IMG/VR virus record: IMGVR_UViG_3300029725_000150
Span: 2,142 to 66,141 of that record
Direction: 5' to 3' (one strand)
Source of the DNA: a virus
DNA length: 64,000 nucleotides
Numbering within the stretch: position 1 is the stretch's first letter; each line of letters opens with the position of its first letter. Made by a program: the position numbers and the translations under genes. Under the pieces are notes generated by a model. It was not told the origin of the DNA, ran no database searches, and saw nothing but the letters and a program-made list of their open reading frames with translations. Of the stretch, positions 37,758-47,907 are shown piece after piece.

Positions 37758-38063
37758 ATGGGAACATATAGCAGAAAACTGAAGGAGCTGATCGAGGAAT
37801 TCGACGCCATGGAAGACGAGGATATGTTGGAACTGGCTAAGGAGGCCTATAAGCTTGGCTGTAAGGAAGGAAAGCGGAAGGCCATGGAAGGCTATGGCAA
37901 CCGTATGGAGGAAGACGATGACGATGAGTTCGAGGACGACGATGAGTTCCGTGAGATGTGGGAACGTGGCGGTTACGGCAACCGTGGCGGCGGTCGTGGA
38001 TCATCCGGGGGAGGCTATGGCAATCGCCGGGGAGTAAGAGGATCCGGACGTGGACGTAGGTAA
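37758..38063 (+). CDS. acidic protein with C-terminal RGG/RG-repeat tail, possible nucleic-acid binder
   Basis: EEDDDDEFEDDDEF followed by GYGNRGGGRGSSGGGYGNRRGVRGSGRGRR. Confidence 0.45.
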   Translation: MGTYSRKLKELIEEFDAMEDEDMLELAKEAYKLGCKEGKRKAMEGYGNRMEEDDDDEFEDDDEFREMWERGGYGNRGGGRGSSGGGYGNRRGVRGSGRGRR

Positions 38064-38071
38064 TAATAACC

Positions 38072-38521
38072 ATGGGAGGGGCGAAAGTCCCTCTCTTAAA
38101 TCAGCAGATCATGAGATTGGACGCATACGATAAGTTCCCTACGGGAATGAGAGAATATTTAAAGGCGTATGGCTGGCATTTCTCCAAGGCCATGTGCGAT
38201 TTCGCCGTTTCCCGGATGTGGACGGTAGACGATTCCGGAGATAAAAAAGAGACTAGGAGTTATACCAAGGAGGACGTGGATAAGATACTGAAGCAATATG
38301 GCGTTAAGTTAAGTAAGTCAGAAGGATATGACTATGTCTATGTCGCTAATATGTGCCTGTTCGATTTTCAATCGAGATTGCCATTGAATGAGCAAGGGCT
38401 AGCTAGGTATATCAAGGCCGTGATAGATGATCCAGATGGCTATGATGGCATGGTGTTCACAAGGTATTACGCTGATTGCATAGGGTCTGGCACGCCTATA
38501 ATCTGGGAGGAGATGATGTGA
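38072..38521 (+). CDS. hypothetical protein (149 aa)
   Basis: ORF track; its stop overlaps the next start (TGATG). Confidence 0.45.
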   Translation: MGGAKVPLLNQQIMRLDAYDKFPTGMREYLKAYGWHFSKAMCDFAVSRMWTVDDSGDKKETRSYTKEDVDKILKQYGVKLSKSEGYDYVYVANMCLFDFQSRLPLNEQGLARYIKAVIDDPDGYDGMVFTRYYADCIGSGTPIIWEEMM

Positions 38522-38703
38522 TGGGAGGCTGGGGCTACATACTGAGGATCTTGAAGGGAGAGTCCCCCAAGGACGTGCTGGCGAGTATGCCGGAGAAGGA
38601 TTTTGACAAGGTATCCGAGGTGGTGGGCAATCTCAAGGCTACCAATCTCACCCGGCAACAAAGGAGGAGGATAGAGCGGGAGTTCAAGACGGTAAGGAGA
38701 TGA
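38521..38703 (+). CDS. small basic hypothetical protein (60 aa)
   Basis: In-frame ATG at 38521 overlapping the upstream stop. Ends RQQRRRIEREFKTVRR. Confidence 0.3.
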   Translation: MGGWGYILRILKGESPKDVLASMPEKDFDKVSEVVGNLKATNLTRQQRRRIEREFKTVRR

Positions 38704-39155
38704 TACGACGGGATTACCATATCAAGAGATACGATTGGGTGATCCACGTACTGTATAACGTCACCTGTTCGAGGACATCCGATATCATAGCCCTATTGAG
38801 GAGGGTCGGTTGCCCGGAAAGCAAGATACGGGAGGCTTATGGCAATATGGGGTCGTGCAATCTGGACGTGGGACTGACCTATTCGAATTACCGCAGCCGG
38901 GAATCCGTCATGGTGATAGGCCGGACCTCGTCTTACAGGGAGTTCTCCAATTCGTTGTTCCACGAGTGCCGGCACTTGACCGATCACATGGCTATAGCCT
39001 TAAATATGGATGTGGGTGGAGAAGAGATAGCTTACCTAAGCGGGTACATAGGAGGAAAGCTAGCTCCCGATATCCAGCTGTTCATTTGTGATTGCAATTG
39101 TCATAAAAACGAGATAAACAGACATATTTATCAACAAAAAAAAAGAAAATGGTAA
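38700..39155 (+). CDS. hypothetical protein (151 aa), His/Cys-containing
   Basis: ORF track; overlaps the upstream stop. Confidence 0.45.
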   Translation: MIRRDYHIKRYDWVIHVLYNVTCSRTSDIIALLRRVGCPESKIREAYGNMGSCNLDVGLTYSNYRSRESVMVIGRTSSYREFSNSLFHECRHLTDHMAIALNMDVGGEEIAYLSGYIGGKLAPDIQLFICDCNCHKNEINRHIYQQKKRKW

Positions 39156-39430
39156 CAAAAGCAGATTTAAAAATTGAGGCCGCTCGTCTTGCGACGGAAT
39201 CCGTAAATGAGGCGCGCGAAAAAGGGGAAAAATTGGAGTTTACTCCTTTAGCGGAAGAAATATATAACTTTCTTCAAAAGGATTTGGATTTGAAGGACAC
39301 GGATGATCCTCAAGGTATGGTTTCGCAAGTGGCTTCTATGATTGGGGGAATGAATTGGAACAATATATCACCTAAACAAACAGAAGATGGATCAGACACG
39401 AAAGAGAATGTTGCTGGCGAAACGGCTTAA
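39149..39430 (+). CDS. acidic hypothetical protein (93 aa)
   Basis: ORF track. Confidence 0.4.
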   Translation: MVTKADLKIEAARLATESVNEAREKGEKLEFTPLAEEIYNFLQKDLDLKDTDDPQGMVSQVASMIGGMNWNNISPKQTEDGSDTKENVAGETA

Positions 39431-39709
39431 ACGATCATCCTCGCATTTGGTTAGACCTCTCCCTTATCAAAGGGACACAACAGGTACAGGGTATATGTGG
39501 ATAATCTTATTGTTTTTCTTATGGTGTCCACTCGTTAATAATGAAAAAAGGTAAGCAACATACAGAAAAGAGAGAATCCTCCAAATGCGAACTAGATCGG
39601 TTGGTTGATTCTCTCGATTTCGAGCCTGTCAACTTTCATGAGGTCAAGGCTAGGATAAGGCACCTGATGAGCATAGAAGGGAAAAGAAAGTGATATTACA
39701 CTTTATCCT

Positions 39710-41692
39710 CTATGCTGACATCAAGGCTTGTCGTGCCTTATTGAGCGCATCTTGATTAACCTGTCCGTTGATTGCGTTCATTTGATCAGCTGGGACAGCT
39801 TGGATATTTCCACCTTGCTCAACCGCTTGTTTGTTGGATTGAATGGACTGAAGTATCTGGTCTGATCCGGGGTAATATGATAGTGATAACATTTGCTCCG
39901 CGGAAATGGCTCCGGCCATCCATAATTCCTTCACCAAGTCGTTTAACATCATTCTCGCTACCGGAGATTCAGCGGATTCCTTGATGTTGACCTTGAAATC
40001 TATATCTTGGACTGTCTTCGGGTCATACTCATTATAAGTGGCATAACCCGCGGATCTCTCCATCGATATGTTCCTTGGGGATTGATAGTATTGATGGATC
40101 GTTTTCATCTTTTTACGAGCGATCTCGGCCTCGAACGTGGAGAACTTGGTTAGTAACGTAGCGATAGATGTAGTGGAGTTCTGTGTTTCCATGGCGTATC
40201 TGCTAGCTGCCGTTGATCCCGACGGGGTTTTCCCTTGCAAGGCTTCCGACACGGACGTTATATCGTTTATGAAACTCAATTGTAATTGCAATAGCTCCGT
40301 GGTACCGATATTGGTAGAGTTCGATGTTATGACCTCCGGTTTGTTCCCGCTCTTGGACGGCTCGTAAAAAATGAATGATCCGATCTCAACGAATTGCTCG
40401 GCGAACTCACGATTGGACATCCCGTCCGGAACGGAGTCTTTAGGGATCATCTTTACTCCCTTTACCGCTGATTGGATAGCCAAGTCGTTAAGCATGATCA
40501 GCCGGTTGATGTATCGTTGCTGATCTATGATAACGGAAATAAAAGGAACTGTCCTCCCATTCACCAAATAGTGTAACTTATAAACATAGGGGTGAGACTT
40601 ATACTCATAAGGCGTGTCATACTCGGTAAGTACACGTCCGTCCGGTGATAGCATCTGGAAATGCCAATATTGATCTATTATATAGGTGTATTCTATCAAT
40701 GGGACCTCCTCCGGTGGTAATCCCTGAGATATTCCCATACGCATACGATCCTCGTTCTCTCTCTTGATAACAGGAAGATCGCTAAGCTCTATCCTGTATA
40801 TAGGATCATCGGTATCCATGATATCCACGCAACGGTATCTAGGCTTGTTCTCCAGTGTCCAAACATGGTAGGTCCGGCACAGGTCGGCGGCGGGAGGCGT
40901 GTCAAAAGACTCGTCCATGAAACGATCCGTCTGCTGGGTTCCCAGATTTTCCATACGATTGAGCCAAGGTGAGTAAATCTCCTCCAATTGCCTGTAATCA
41001 TACTCGGACTCCGCTAATACCGAGGCCAGCTCGCCTAATGTATAGTCACGGATCTCCCCGATCAAGGAATCATCCCAGTGCCTTGGATCATTGGCTTTCG
41101 ACTCATAGAAGAAATAGGAAGGGTTGACCACGTAGGTGTAGCTGTCCTCTATATCGTCATGGCTAGACCATTCCTCCGTTACCACGGCGCATCCACCGCA
41201 AATAAACTCTATCATCTCAGAGGTGAGGACATCTTTCATAAGGTTATTTTCCCAGTTGGTCTGTAAAGCGTCCGTCATCATCTGTGACTTGGTATCCGCG
41301 TCTTTCTGCCGGGCGAAACATACGGGAAGGGTAGCGGTCTTTGCGTATAACCCCGCCAAAGTATTTACGATCTTGAAAAGATGATTGTTCTGCAAAGCGA
41401 CCCCTCCCGTACGCCTCGCTATCTTATCGCGTTCCTTCATTCTTTCCCCGTCCTTGTCCACCACGATATCACCCCATTGGTCACCGAACACGTAACGGAA
41501 ATTACGAAGACGGGTGGCCCTGAAATCGCTAAGGTTTTCCCAAGCGTTTTGGCACCTAGACAGTAAAGGTATGTTGGTCTTGTCCGTGCCTGATATCTTG
41601 ACGCGGTGCTTGACGCTATCAACCGTCGTGGGGCGTCGGGAAAACCGTGATTTAGGAATAAGTCGTTTCATGATTGATCTTTTTAATCGCAA
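39710..41692 (-). CDS. putative portal or head-morphogenesis protein (660 aa)
   Basis: Size and placement in the structural region. No diagnostic motif recognised, so the call is weak. Confidence 0.35.
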   Translation of the reverse strand: MRLKRSIMKRLIPKSRFSRRPTTVDSVKHRVKISGTDKTNIPLLSRCQNAWENLSDFRATRLRNFRYVFGDQWGDIVVDKDGERMKERDKIARRTGGVALQNNHLFKIVNTLAGLYAKTATLPVCFARQKDADTKSQMMTDALQTNWENNLMKDVLTSEMIEFICGGCAVVTEEWSSHDDIEDSYTYVVNPSYFFYESKANDPRHWDDSLIGEIRDYTLGELASVLAESEYDYRQLEEIYSPWLNRMENLGTQQTDRFMDESFDTPPAADLCRTYHVWTLENKPRYRCVDIMDTDDPIYRIELSDLPVIKRENEDRMRMGISQGLPPEEVPLIEYTYIIDQYWHFQMLSPDGRVLTEYDTPYEYKSHPYVYKLHYLVNGRTVPFISVIIDQQRYINRLIMLNDLAIQSAVKGVKMIPKDSVPDGMSNREFAEQFVEIGSFIFYEPSKSGNKPEVITSNSTNIGTTELLQLQLSFINDITSVSEALQGKTPSGSTAASRYAMETQNSTTSIATLLTKFSTFEAEIARKKMKTIHQYYQSPRNISMERSAGYATYNEYDPKTVQDIDFKVNIKESAESPVARMMLNDLVKELWMAGAISAEQMLSLSYYPGSDQILQSIQSNKQAVEQGGNIQAVPADQMNAINGQVNQDALNKARQALMSA

Positions 41693-41786
41693 ATAAATCG
41701 AATAAAAGCACTTGGTTTTGTCAGAATAACCAAAATAACAAAATAATCATACCTAAAGCCCTATTTTTGCCAGAAAAGGATCACAA

Positions 41787-42230
41787 ATGACATATGAGTT
41801 TGAATATATAAAGGCGATAAATAAATGCGAAATGCTATCCAGCTTCGAGGGACGTGATCTCTTCGGGGATAGCGGGGAAAGCCTATATCTAAAGATAAAG
41901 ATAACGGAACAGGACAGGCCTCTTATAAGGACATATCTGGAACAAGCGGCAAGGTCGCTGGAGGAAGGCATGTCCAAAATCATAACCTCTTCCGCTTACT
42001 CGGAAGAAGGGTTCGTATGGGAGGTCAGGACGGAGGATACACGTTGGAACGTCAACAGGAAATTGGACGAGAACCTGTTGGACGCTCTGGTTGGTTATTC
42101 CATGATGAGTTGGCTTTCCGATCGGAAGCCTGATAGGATAGGGGTTTATAAATCTTTGTGGGAGGATATGTCCGTCATGTGCGTGAAGAACATATACAGG
42201 AAGAATCCCCCGCTATTAAAAAAAGCATGA
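41787..42230 (+). CDS. hypothetical protein (147 aa)
   Basis: ORF track; first of four tightly packed plus-strand ORFs. Confidence 0.45.
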   Translation: MTYEFEYIKAINKCEMLSSFEGRDLFGDSGESLYLKIKITEQDRPLIRTYLEQAARSLEEGMSKIITSSAYSEEGFVWEVRTEDTRWNVNRKLDENLLDALVGYSMMSWLSDRKPDRIGVYKSLWEDMSVMCVKNIYRKNPPLLKKA

Positions 42231-42231
42231 T

Positions 42232-42759
42232 ATGGACATAAATCTAGGTTGGACATATTTAAAGCATGACATAGACCAGTGGACGTGGAGGCTGGGAGAT
42301 ATGAGAAAGGAGGATCCCGGTAAAAGATTCTCCTCGCAGTCCGATGATAACGAGGCCGATGATACTTTTATAAGACGCAAGATAGAGGAGGCGGTGGCGA
42401 CCTTGAGGGTATCCTTGTCCGGTATCTTGGAGGATATACCCGGCGATTCGGATGACTCATTGGATACTGATGCCGTGAATTGGGTGTTGCGCATGAAGGA
42501 TCGTCGTGGAGGATATGATAGCGAGTCATTGGCGACCTTGGCCCATAAATACGTGGTGTGGTTCGTCCTTTGGAATTGGTGCCTGATTTACTTTGAGGAA
42601 CTAGCCGGAAAGCTAGAGGAGGAGTTAAAGGGTATAGCGTCCATGATAGAGGAAACCGCCTATTCAAGGAAAGCCCCGCGAAAGTGCAAGAGGAAGCCGT
42701 TTAAGGATATCGATGATGTCATTGTTGATGATGTCATTATAGAAACAGGAGAAATATGA
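42232..42759 (+). CDS. hypothetical protein (175 aa)
   Basis: ORF track; 2-nt spacing from the previous gene. Confidence 0.45.
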   Translation: MDINLGWTYLKHDIDQWTWRLGDMRKEDPGKRFSSQSDDNEADDTFIRRKIEEAVATLRVSLSGILEDIPGDSDDSLDTDAVNWVLRMKDRRGGYDSESLATLAHKYVVWFVLWNWCLIYFEELAGKLEEELKGIASMIEETAYSRKAPRKCKRKPFKDIDDVIVDDVIIETGEI

Positions 42760-43271
42760 GAGACAGGAAAATCATACAGCCACGTGTCGATATGCGTGGA
42801 TTTGAGTTAACGATAACGCTATTGAGGTGCGAGATTGAGTATGACGTGGATTTCGAGACATGGAAGGTTGGGGATGTATCGGGCCTTCCCGGAAAGGAAA
42901 GAGCTGGGCTGGAGACCTCAGAGGAAACGGCGGATTGGATGTTTCGTCAAGTGAATGACGCGTTGTCGGAGGCTACCGGCCATTTACGGGCGTTTTCACC
43001 TTGGGTTCAGAGCCGTGCCGTAATGGACGAGGTGAAGGATGATAGGGAATGGATCATAAACTTGGTGATGGAAAGAGGATGGCGTGGGGATCCGAGGAGA
43101 TTGGCCGTTTATATCCACCGTTTCGTGGTTGATAGCGTATTATCTTTTTGGTATAGGATGGTAGATCCATCTAGGGTGCAGATGTACGCCTCTCAAAAGG
43201 AGGTGGATAGAAGAAATATCATAAACGAGGCAAGGGAGACACAGGTTAAGGATGTTTATTTCAGATTATAG
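42756..43271 (+). CDS. hypothetical protein (171 aa)
   Basis: ORF track; overlaps the previous stop. Confidence 0.45.
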   Translation: MRDRKIIQPRVDMRGFELTITLLRCEIEYDVDFETWKVGDVSGLPGKERAGLETSEETADWMFRQVNDALSEATGHLRAFSPWVQSRAVMDEVKDDREWIINLVMERGWRGDPRRLAVYIHRFVVDSVLSFWYRMVDPSRVQMYASQKEVDRRNIINEARETQVKDVYFRL

Positions 43272-43274
43272 ATC

Positions 43275-43565
43275 ATGGGAAAAGGTTTTGAGAATGGTCA
43301 CATGAAGATGGGAGGAAGGGAGAAGGGAACCCGGAATAAGAACACGGAGATAAAGAATTTTTTCCGTGATTTCGTAATCGACAATCAGGAAGAGTTCAAG
43401 AAAGCTTTCCTCAAGCTAAAGGATAAGGATAAATGCGCTGTTTATTTAAAGGCTAGTGAGTTCGTGGTACCAAAGGTATCCTCTATAAAGTTCGAGGATG
43501 CCAAAAACACTAATTCCGCTATTGAGTTGTTGAAGGTAGCGGCCAGTTACAAGCAAAAAAAATGA
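43275..43565 (+). CDS. hypothetical protein (96 aa)
   Basis: ORF track. Confidence 0.4.
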   Translation: MGKGFENGHMKMGGREKGTRNKNTEIKNFFRDFVIDNQEEFKKAFLKLKDKDKCAVYLKASEFVVPKVSSIKFEDAKNTNSAIELLKVAASYKQKK

Positions 43566-43595
43566 CATATACCCCCGGCTAGGCCGAGGGGTACT

Positions 43596-46142
43596 TTAAC
43601 GCATCCTCCAATCCCTTCTAGTCTCGAATCTTACTCTGGTTCCTGATAATGTATCTAAATCATATAGGTTTGAGAAATAAACGAGCCGATAGTATTTAAA
43701 AGCCCTTTGCCTAAGAGATTTAAGCCGAGACCAATTTTTCCTATCCGCACTTACGAATACGGCTATCTTGATTTTTGAGGACTCATCCTTTCGTAAACCC
43801 AACGTCCTAAGATCGACTAGTACCTTTAAAGAGAAAGGATCTCCTAACGTCAAGGCACGTGTGATCGCTATGCCTTTTCTGGTATCTTCAGAGACATATT
43901 TTTCCAGTGAGTACAAAACGTTACCTATTTGCACTACCGAGCTTGGATAATCTTGCGCCATGGCCTTGACCTCTTCCCCTACGAAAGTGGAGAATTCCCC
44001 GGTGTCCAAAGAATATACATAATGCTTTCTAGTCCCTTTGGGATAAATATGCAATAGGGAATTCGTATAATCATAGGCAATCTTACAAGTTCGCAATGTC
44101 TCTACGAAAGTTTCCGTGTCCGGGATGAACAGATCGCTAAAATCCGGGTTGACATTAAAGAATGTCTCATCAATATTTACTCCTTCCAACGATGACGATA
44201 AAAGGCTGATATCGGAGCCTTGCAATAATTTAAGGCCACGCTCGGTACTGAATACTATCGAGGAATCCAGTTGCGTGATACTATCCGGATTATTGCAAAT
44301 ATCCCTGCTTATAGGTTGGATGGAGGAATATAATCCCGCATCCGATAATTGCAAGGCCCATATCCCATCGGAAGAGAAAGCGTATAAGGGAAACTGCCCG
44401 AATTGCCCTTGGGACAGCGCTTTCGTGGTGGATCGGATACCTATGATCTCACCGGTTCCCACCGTGTTTATTCCCGCTAACGGAAAATAAAACGGGTTGT
44501 TGACCTCGGACGTATATATCTTGTTTGGCATATTGACCGACTTGTCCGTTGATATTGGTGTGCTATCGCTGCCCGGTTTAAATATGATCGGGGCGTATGA
44601 GTCGAAATAGTAAGACCCGTTCAGCGTGTTATGCGGAGAGAGGGTAACGATCGCTTGGTATCCGTCCGAATTCCGTGTTATCACCATCTTGTATGCGTTA
44701 GCGTTGGGGTAATATAGGTAATGCAAATTGATACCAAGGTTATATGAGGAGGATGTTTGAACGACGATATCCTTTTCTCCTTCTCTTATGAAAACCTTTA
44801 TGCTCAACGTGCTGCTACCGTCGTTGTACGCTACCATAGACTCCGGAGGATAACCATCAAATAGTATCCTTTTTATATTAGCTATATTTAACCGCTGGTT
44901 ATAAGTATAGGAATAATCAGGTATTAGCCAATCTAAATTCTGGTACGCATCCGCATCAACAAGTTGCTCTCGATTTTGCAACGATTCCAGCACATTATTC
45001 TCTAAAGTGAGAGAGTGTCTTTCACCCCCGTTATAACCGCACAAGTCCTCATACGCTATGCTTGCTACTTTGTAAAACAATGAATTATCCGGCACCTTAT
45101 TATCCATGGCCTTTCCGGGTAAGACGAATTGATCGGTATAACCTGATCCCGGCAGGGCTATGGATAAGGCTTCCTCGAATGTATGCCTATTGTAATATCC
45201 TCCACCTATAGAGTACACCCCGAAACCGTTATCGTCTGATATCTTTTGCGCCCCATTAATCTCCCCATAATAATCAAAGGTGTATATTGGAGGCGTTATG
45301 AATATATCAAGGCTTTTAACTATGTCCTTCCACCATTCCCTTTGATTTCCCATTCCGCTGACTTTGTAATTAATGGAGCATACCACTGAGGATATAATGA
45401 AGTTTACAATGATCTTTGCGTCAAAATCGTCTGTGTCCACATCAATAGTAAATGGAACGTGAGGAGTTACTCCAGACGATGGTATCATCAGTATCGGGGC
45501 TGATTGCATGTAAGACGTTCCGTCATATAGTCTATAAGCGTAACGAATAAAGAACGGATATATAAACATGCCTCTATCCACGCTTCTCTCCCTGATAAAT
45601 TTTGAGACATATCCCATCACGGAATTACTGATAGTTGATAGTTGATCTTCCGTAAAGGCTCCATCATAGGGAGGATCAACGGATACGGACAATTGTTCGG
45701 TCTTATCCAATGATCCTACCAATCCAAATGACAGGATAGGGAAGGGGGGCTTATCTCCTAATTCCTTATAAAACTCCCCATCCCAAAGTAAATATCTTAT
45801 AGGATCTTCGCTTATTACAATCAAGGTGTTTCCTATGGACGTGATAGCTTTGGGTATTTTGTCATATTGGTTCGCTCCAATAAGATGGGTCGTTCCGTCC
45901 GTATCCGCATAACGTAAAACATTCGTCTGGAAAAAGATATAGTGAAGGAAATCCTTTGTCCGATGCACGTACATAAGTACCGATCCTTCCGGAAGGGTTA
46001 TGCCTAATTCTTTCGGAGGCTGTATATTCACCAACTCACCATTCTTGGGTATCAAATTTACACATTCTGATAATTCCCCCTCGTTTCCGATAGATGGAGA
46101 ACGGTGTATCCCGTAGGATAATGAAATATCTTGCTGTTCCAT
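43596..46142 (-). CDS. large structural protein (848 aa), likely tail or baseplate
   Basis: Long uninterrupted frame. Composition rich in beta-strand-forming residues (Tyr/Ser/Gly/Asn). No motif recognised. Confidence 0.45.
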   Translation of the reverse strand: MEQQDISLSYGIHRSPSIGNEGELSECVNLIPKNGELVNIQPPKELGITLPEGSVLMYVHRTKDFLHYIFFQTNVLRYADTDGTTHLIGANQYDKIPKAITSIGNTLIVISEDPIRYLLWDGEFYKELGDKPPFPILSFGLVGSLDKTEQLSVSVDPPYDGAFTEDQLSTISNSVMGYVSKFIRERSVDRGMFIYPFFIRYAYRLYDGTSYMQSAPILMIPSSGVTPHVPFTIDVDTDDFDAKIIVNFIISSVVCSINYKVSGMGNQREWWKDIVKSLDIFITPPIYTFDYYGEINGAQKISDDNGFGVYSIGGGYYNRHTFEEALSIALPGSGYTDQFVLPGKAMDNKVPDNSLFYKVASIAYEDLCGYNGGERHSLTLENNVLESLQNREQLVDADAYQNLDWLIPDYSYTYNQRLNIANIKRILFDGYPPESMVAYNDGSSTLSIKVFIREGEKDIVVQTSSSYNLGINLHYLYYPNANAYKMVITRNSDGYQAIVTLSPHNTLNGSYYFDSYAPIIFKPGSDSTPISTDKSVNMPNKIYTSEVNNPFYFPLAGINTVGTGEIIGIRSTTKALSQGQFGQFPLYAFSSDGIWALQLSDAGLYSSIQPISRDICNNPDSITQLDSSIVFSTERGLKLLQGSDISLLSSSLEGVNIDETFFNVNPDFSDLFIPDTETFVETLRTCKIAYDYTNSLLHIYPKGTRKHYVYSLDTGEFSTFVGEEVKAMAQDYPSSVVQIGNVLYSLEKYVSEDTRKGIAITRALTLGDPFSLKVLVDLRTLGLRKDESSKIKIAVFVSADRKNWSRLKSLRQRAFKYYRLVYFSNLYDLDTLSGTRVRFETRRDWRMR

Positions 46143-46229
46143 TTTTTGCGATAAAATTATATGATATAAGTAATAGGTTTTGACATATTGATCAAAACCT
46201 ATTGCATTTAGATGGCCTTGATGTGCCTG

Positions 46230-47444
46230 TTATGATTTGGTTTCTTGCGCCTTAAAGTTATAGACTGGTCTTATAACATCTATAATTTCGACAGTACCCG
46301 TAATTGCATCCATGATCTCTTCCATGGACTTGTACGCTTGTGGGGCCTCGTCTATTGTGGCCTTGCTTACAGAAGTTGTGTATATTCCATTCATAGATTC
46401 TTGGTATTCCTCCATGCTGAGTAACTCCTTTGCCTTGTTCCGACTCATCAAACGTCCGGCCCCGTGCGGCGCTGAATAGTTCCAGTCGGGATTTCCTTTC
46501 CCGATACAGATGAGCGATCCATCACGCATATTAATAGGAATAAGTAGCTTTTCTCCAAGCTCAGCACTTACAGCTCCTTTTCTAAGGATCATACGGCTAA
46601 AATCAATGTAGTTGTGTATGGTTTCAAATCTATTTACCTCAGTAAATCCCATCCCCTTAATGATAATCGCTGCCATAGTAGCACGATTAAGTACAGCAAA
46701 ACGTTGTACTACTGCCATGTCATTAATATAGTCGTGAAAATCACTACCTGAAAGATGCGCTAGCTCTTTGTCCTTACCGGGAATAGAAATGTTCTTAATC
46801 GCTTCCTGAATATCCCTTTCCCTACCTTCTGCTTTCAATCTAGCAATAGTATTACGTACCTCTATCGCCCGATCACTTTCTGTATTTGCAGCCAAATTTT
46901 GATAGTGCTTACAAACATCGCCTCCCAGCTTTCTACTGCCAGAGTGAATAACCAAATAGTACCTATGGTTTCTTTCTGAATAGTCCACCTCTATAAAATG
47001 ATTACCGCCTCCAAGCGTACCGAGTGATAGATAAGCCCTATTTAAATCTACTTGCTTCGCACATCGTAGGTTTGAAAAATCAAAATTCTCCTTTTGGGTG
47101 TCATGTATATCAAACCCATTGGGAACCATTTCCCTTATAACGGAATCCAATTTCTCACAGTCTATGGATTGATCTGCCAATTCCACGGTAAGCATACCGC
47201 AACCAATATCCACCCCAACTAAATTTGGGGTTACCTTATCGGTTATTGTCATTGTAGTACCGACAGTACATCCCTTACCAGCATGGCTATCTGGCATTAT
47301 TCTAATAATTGAATTCTGATAAGCCTCATAGTTTGCGAGTCTTTTAACTTGCTCATAAGCTTCATATTCAAATGTCTCGGCGAATACTTTCACCTCGTTT
47401 CCTGTGTCCGATTTTATAATTCTCATAAAAAATATTTTTTGCAA
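46230..47444 (-). CDS. rtcB: RtcB-family RNA ligase
   Basis: MPDSHAGKG, GVDIGCGM and YSAPHGAGR match the conserved RtcB metal- and GTP-binding blocks. 404 aa. Confidence 0.85.
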   Translation of the reverse strand: MQKIFFMRIIKSDTGNEVKVFAETFEYEAYEQVKRLANYEAYQNSIIRIMPDSHAGKGCTVGTTMTITDKVTPNLVGVDIGCGMLTVELADQSIDCEKLDSVIREMVPNGFDIHDTQKENFDFSNLRCAKQVDLNRAYLSLGTLGGGNHFIEVDYSERNHRYYLVIHSGSRKLGGDVCKHYQNLAANTESDRAIEVRNTIARLKAEGRERDIQEAIKNISIPGKDKELAHLSGSDFHDYINDMAVVQRFAVLNRATMAAIIIKGMGFTEVNRFETIHNYIDFSRMILRKGAVSAELGEKLLIPINMRDGSLICIGKGNPDWNYSAPHGAGRLMSRNKAKELLSMEEYQESMNGIYTTSVSKATIDEAPQAYKSMEEIMDAITGTVEIIDVIRPVYNFKAQETKS

Positions 47445-47469
47445 ATAAACAATAAAAGTTTAAATAAAC

Positions 47470-47905
47470 TCATGGATTCTTTGATTTGATTAACCCATTA
47501 AGTATCTTGGTCGCCAATAACGGATCTTTATCCATTAAAATGTTCCATACTTTTATTCCGGGTTTCACCCTAGAATAATGATGTAGCACTATATTGTTGG
47601 CTTTATCCAGTCTTCCGGTTCCATATATCCATAACATCCCGGGATATAACTGGAAGTTTTTCATTATCTTCTTGGCTTGTCTTAATCTCATGATTTCAAT
47701 TTATTTATTATTTAATGATTATATAGTCCCCGCAATCTTCAATATACTTTATTCCGGCACTATCAAGAGTATTCTCAATGTCTTTGATACCGTGGACTAT
47801 CAAGGAGGCCCACGGTTGTTTGATGGTTATTGCTTTCATTTTTAACCTCCTTTTACCAACCATTCTCAACCAATACAACGACCCGTTGATGGTTATTGCT
47901 TTCAT
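47470..47905 (-). pseudogene. disrupted ASCH-domain gene split into two ORFs (47708-47905 N-terminal part, 47470-47691 C-terminal part), with a tandemly duplicated start region
   Basis: MKAITIKQPWASLIVHGIKDIENT matches the ASCH N-terminal block but the frame stops after about 43 aa. The downstream ORF carries a WIYGTGRLD segment. A 39-bp direct repeat at 47821-47859 and 47887-47925 duplicates the RBS and ATG. Confidence 0.4.
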
Positions 47906-47907
47906 TT

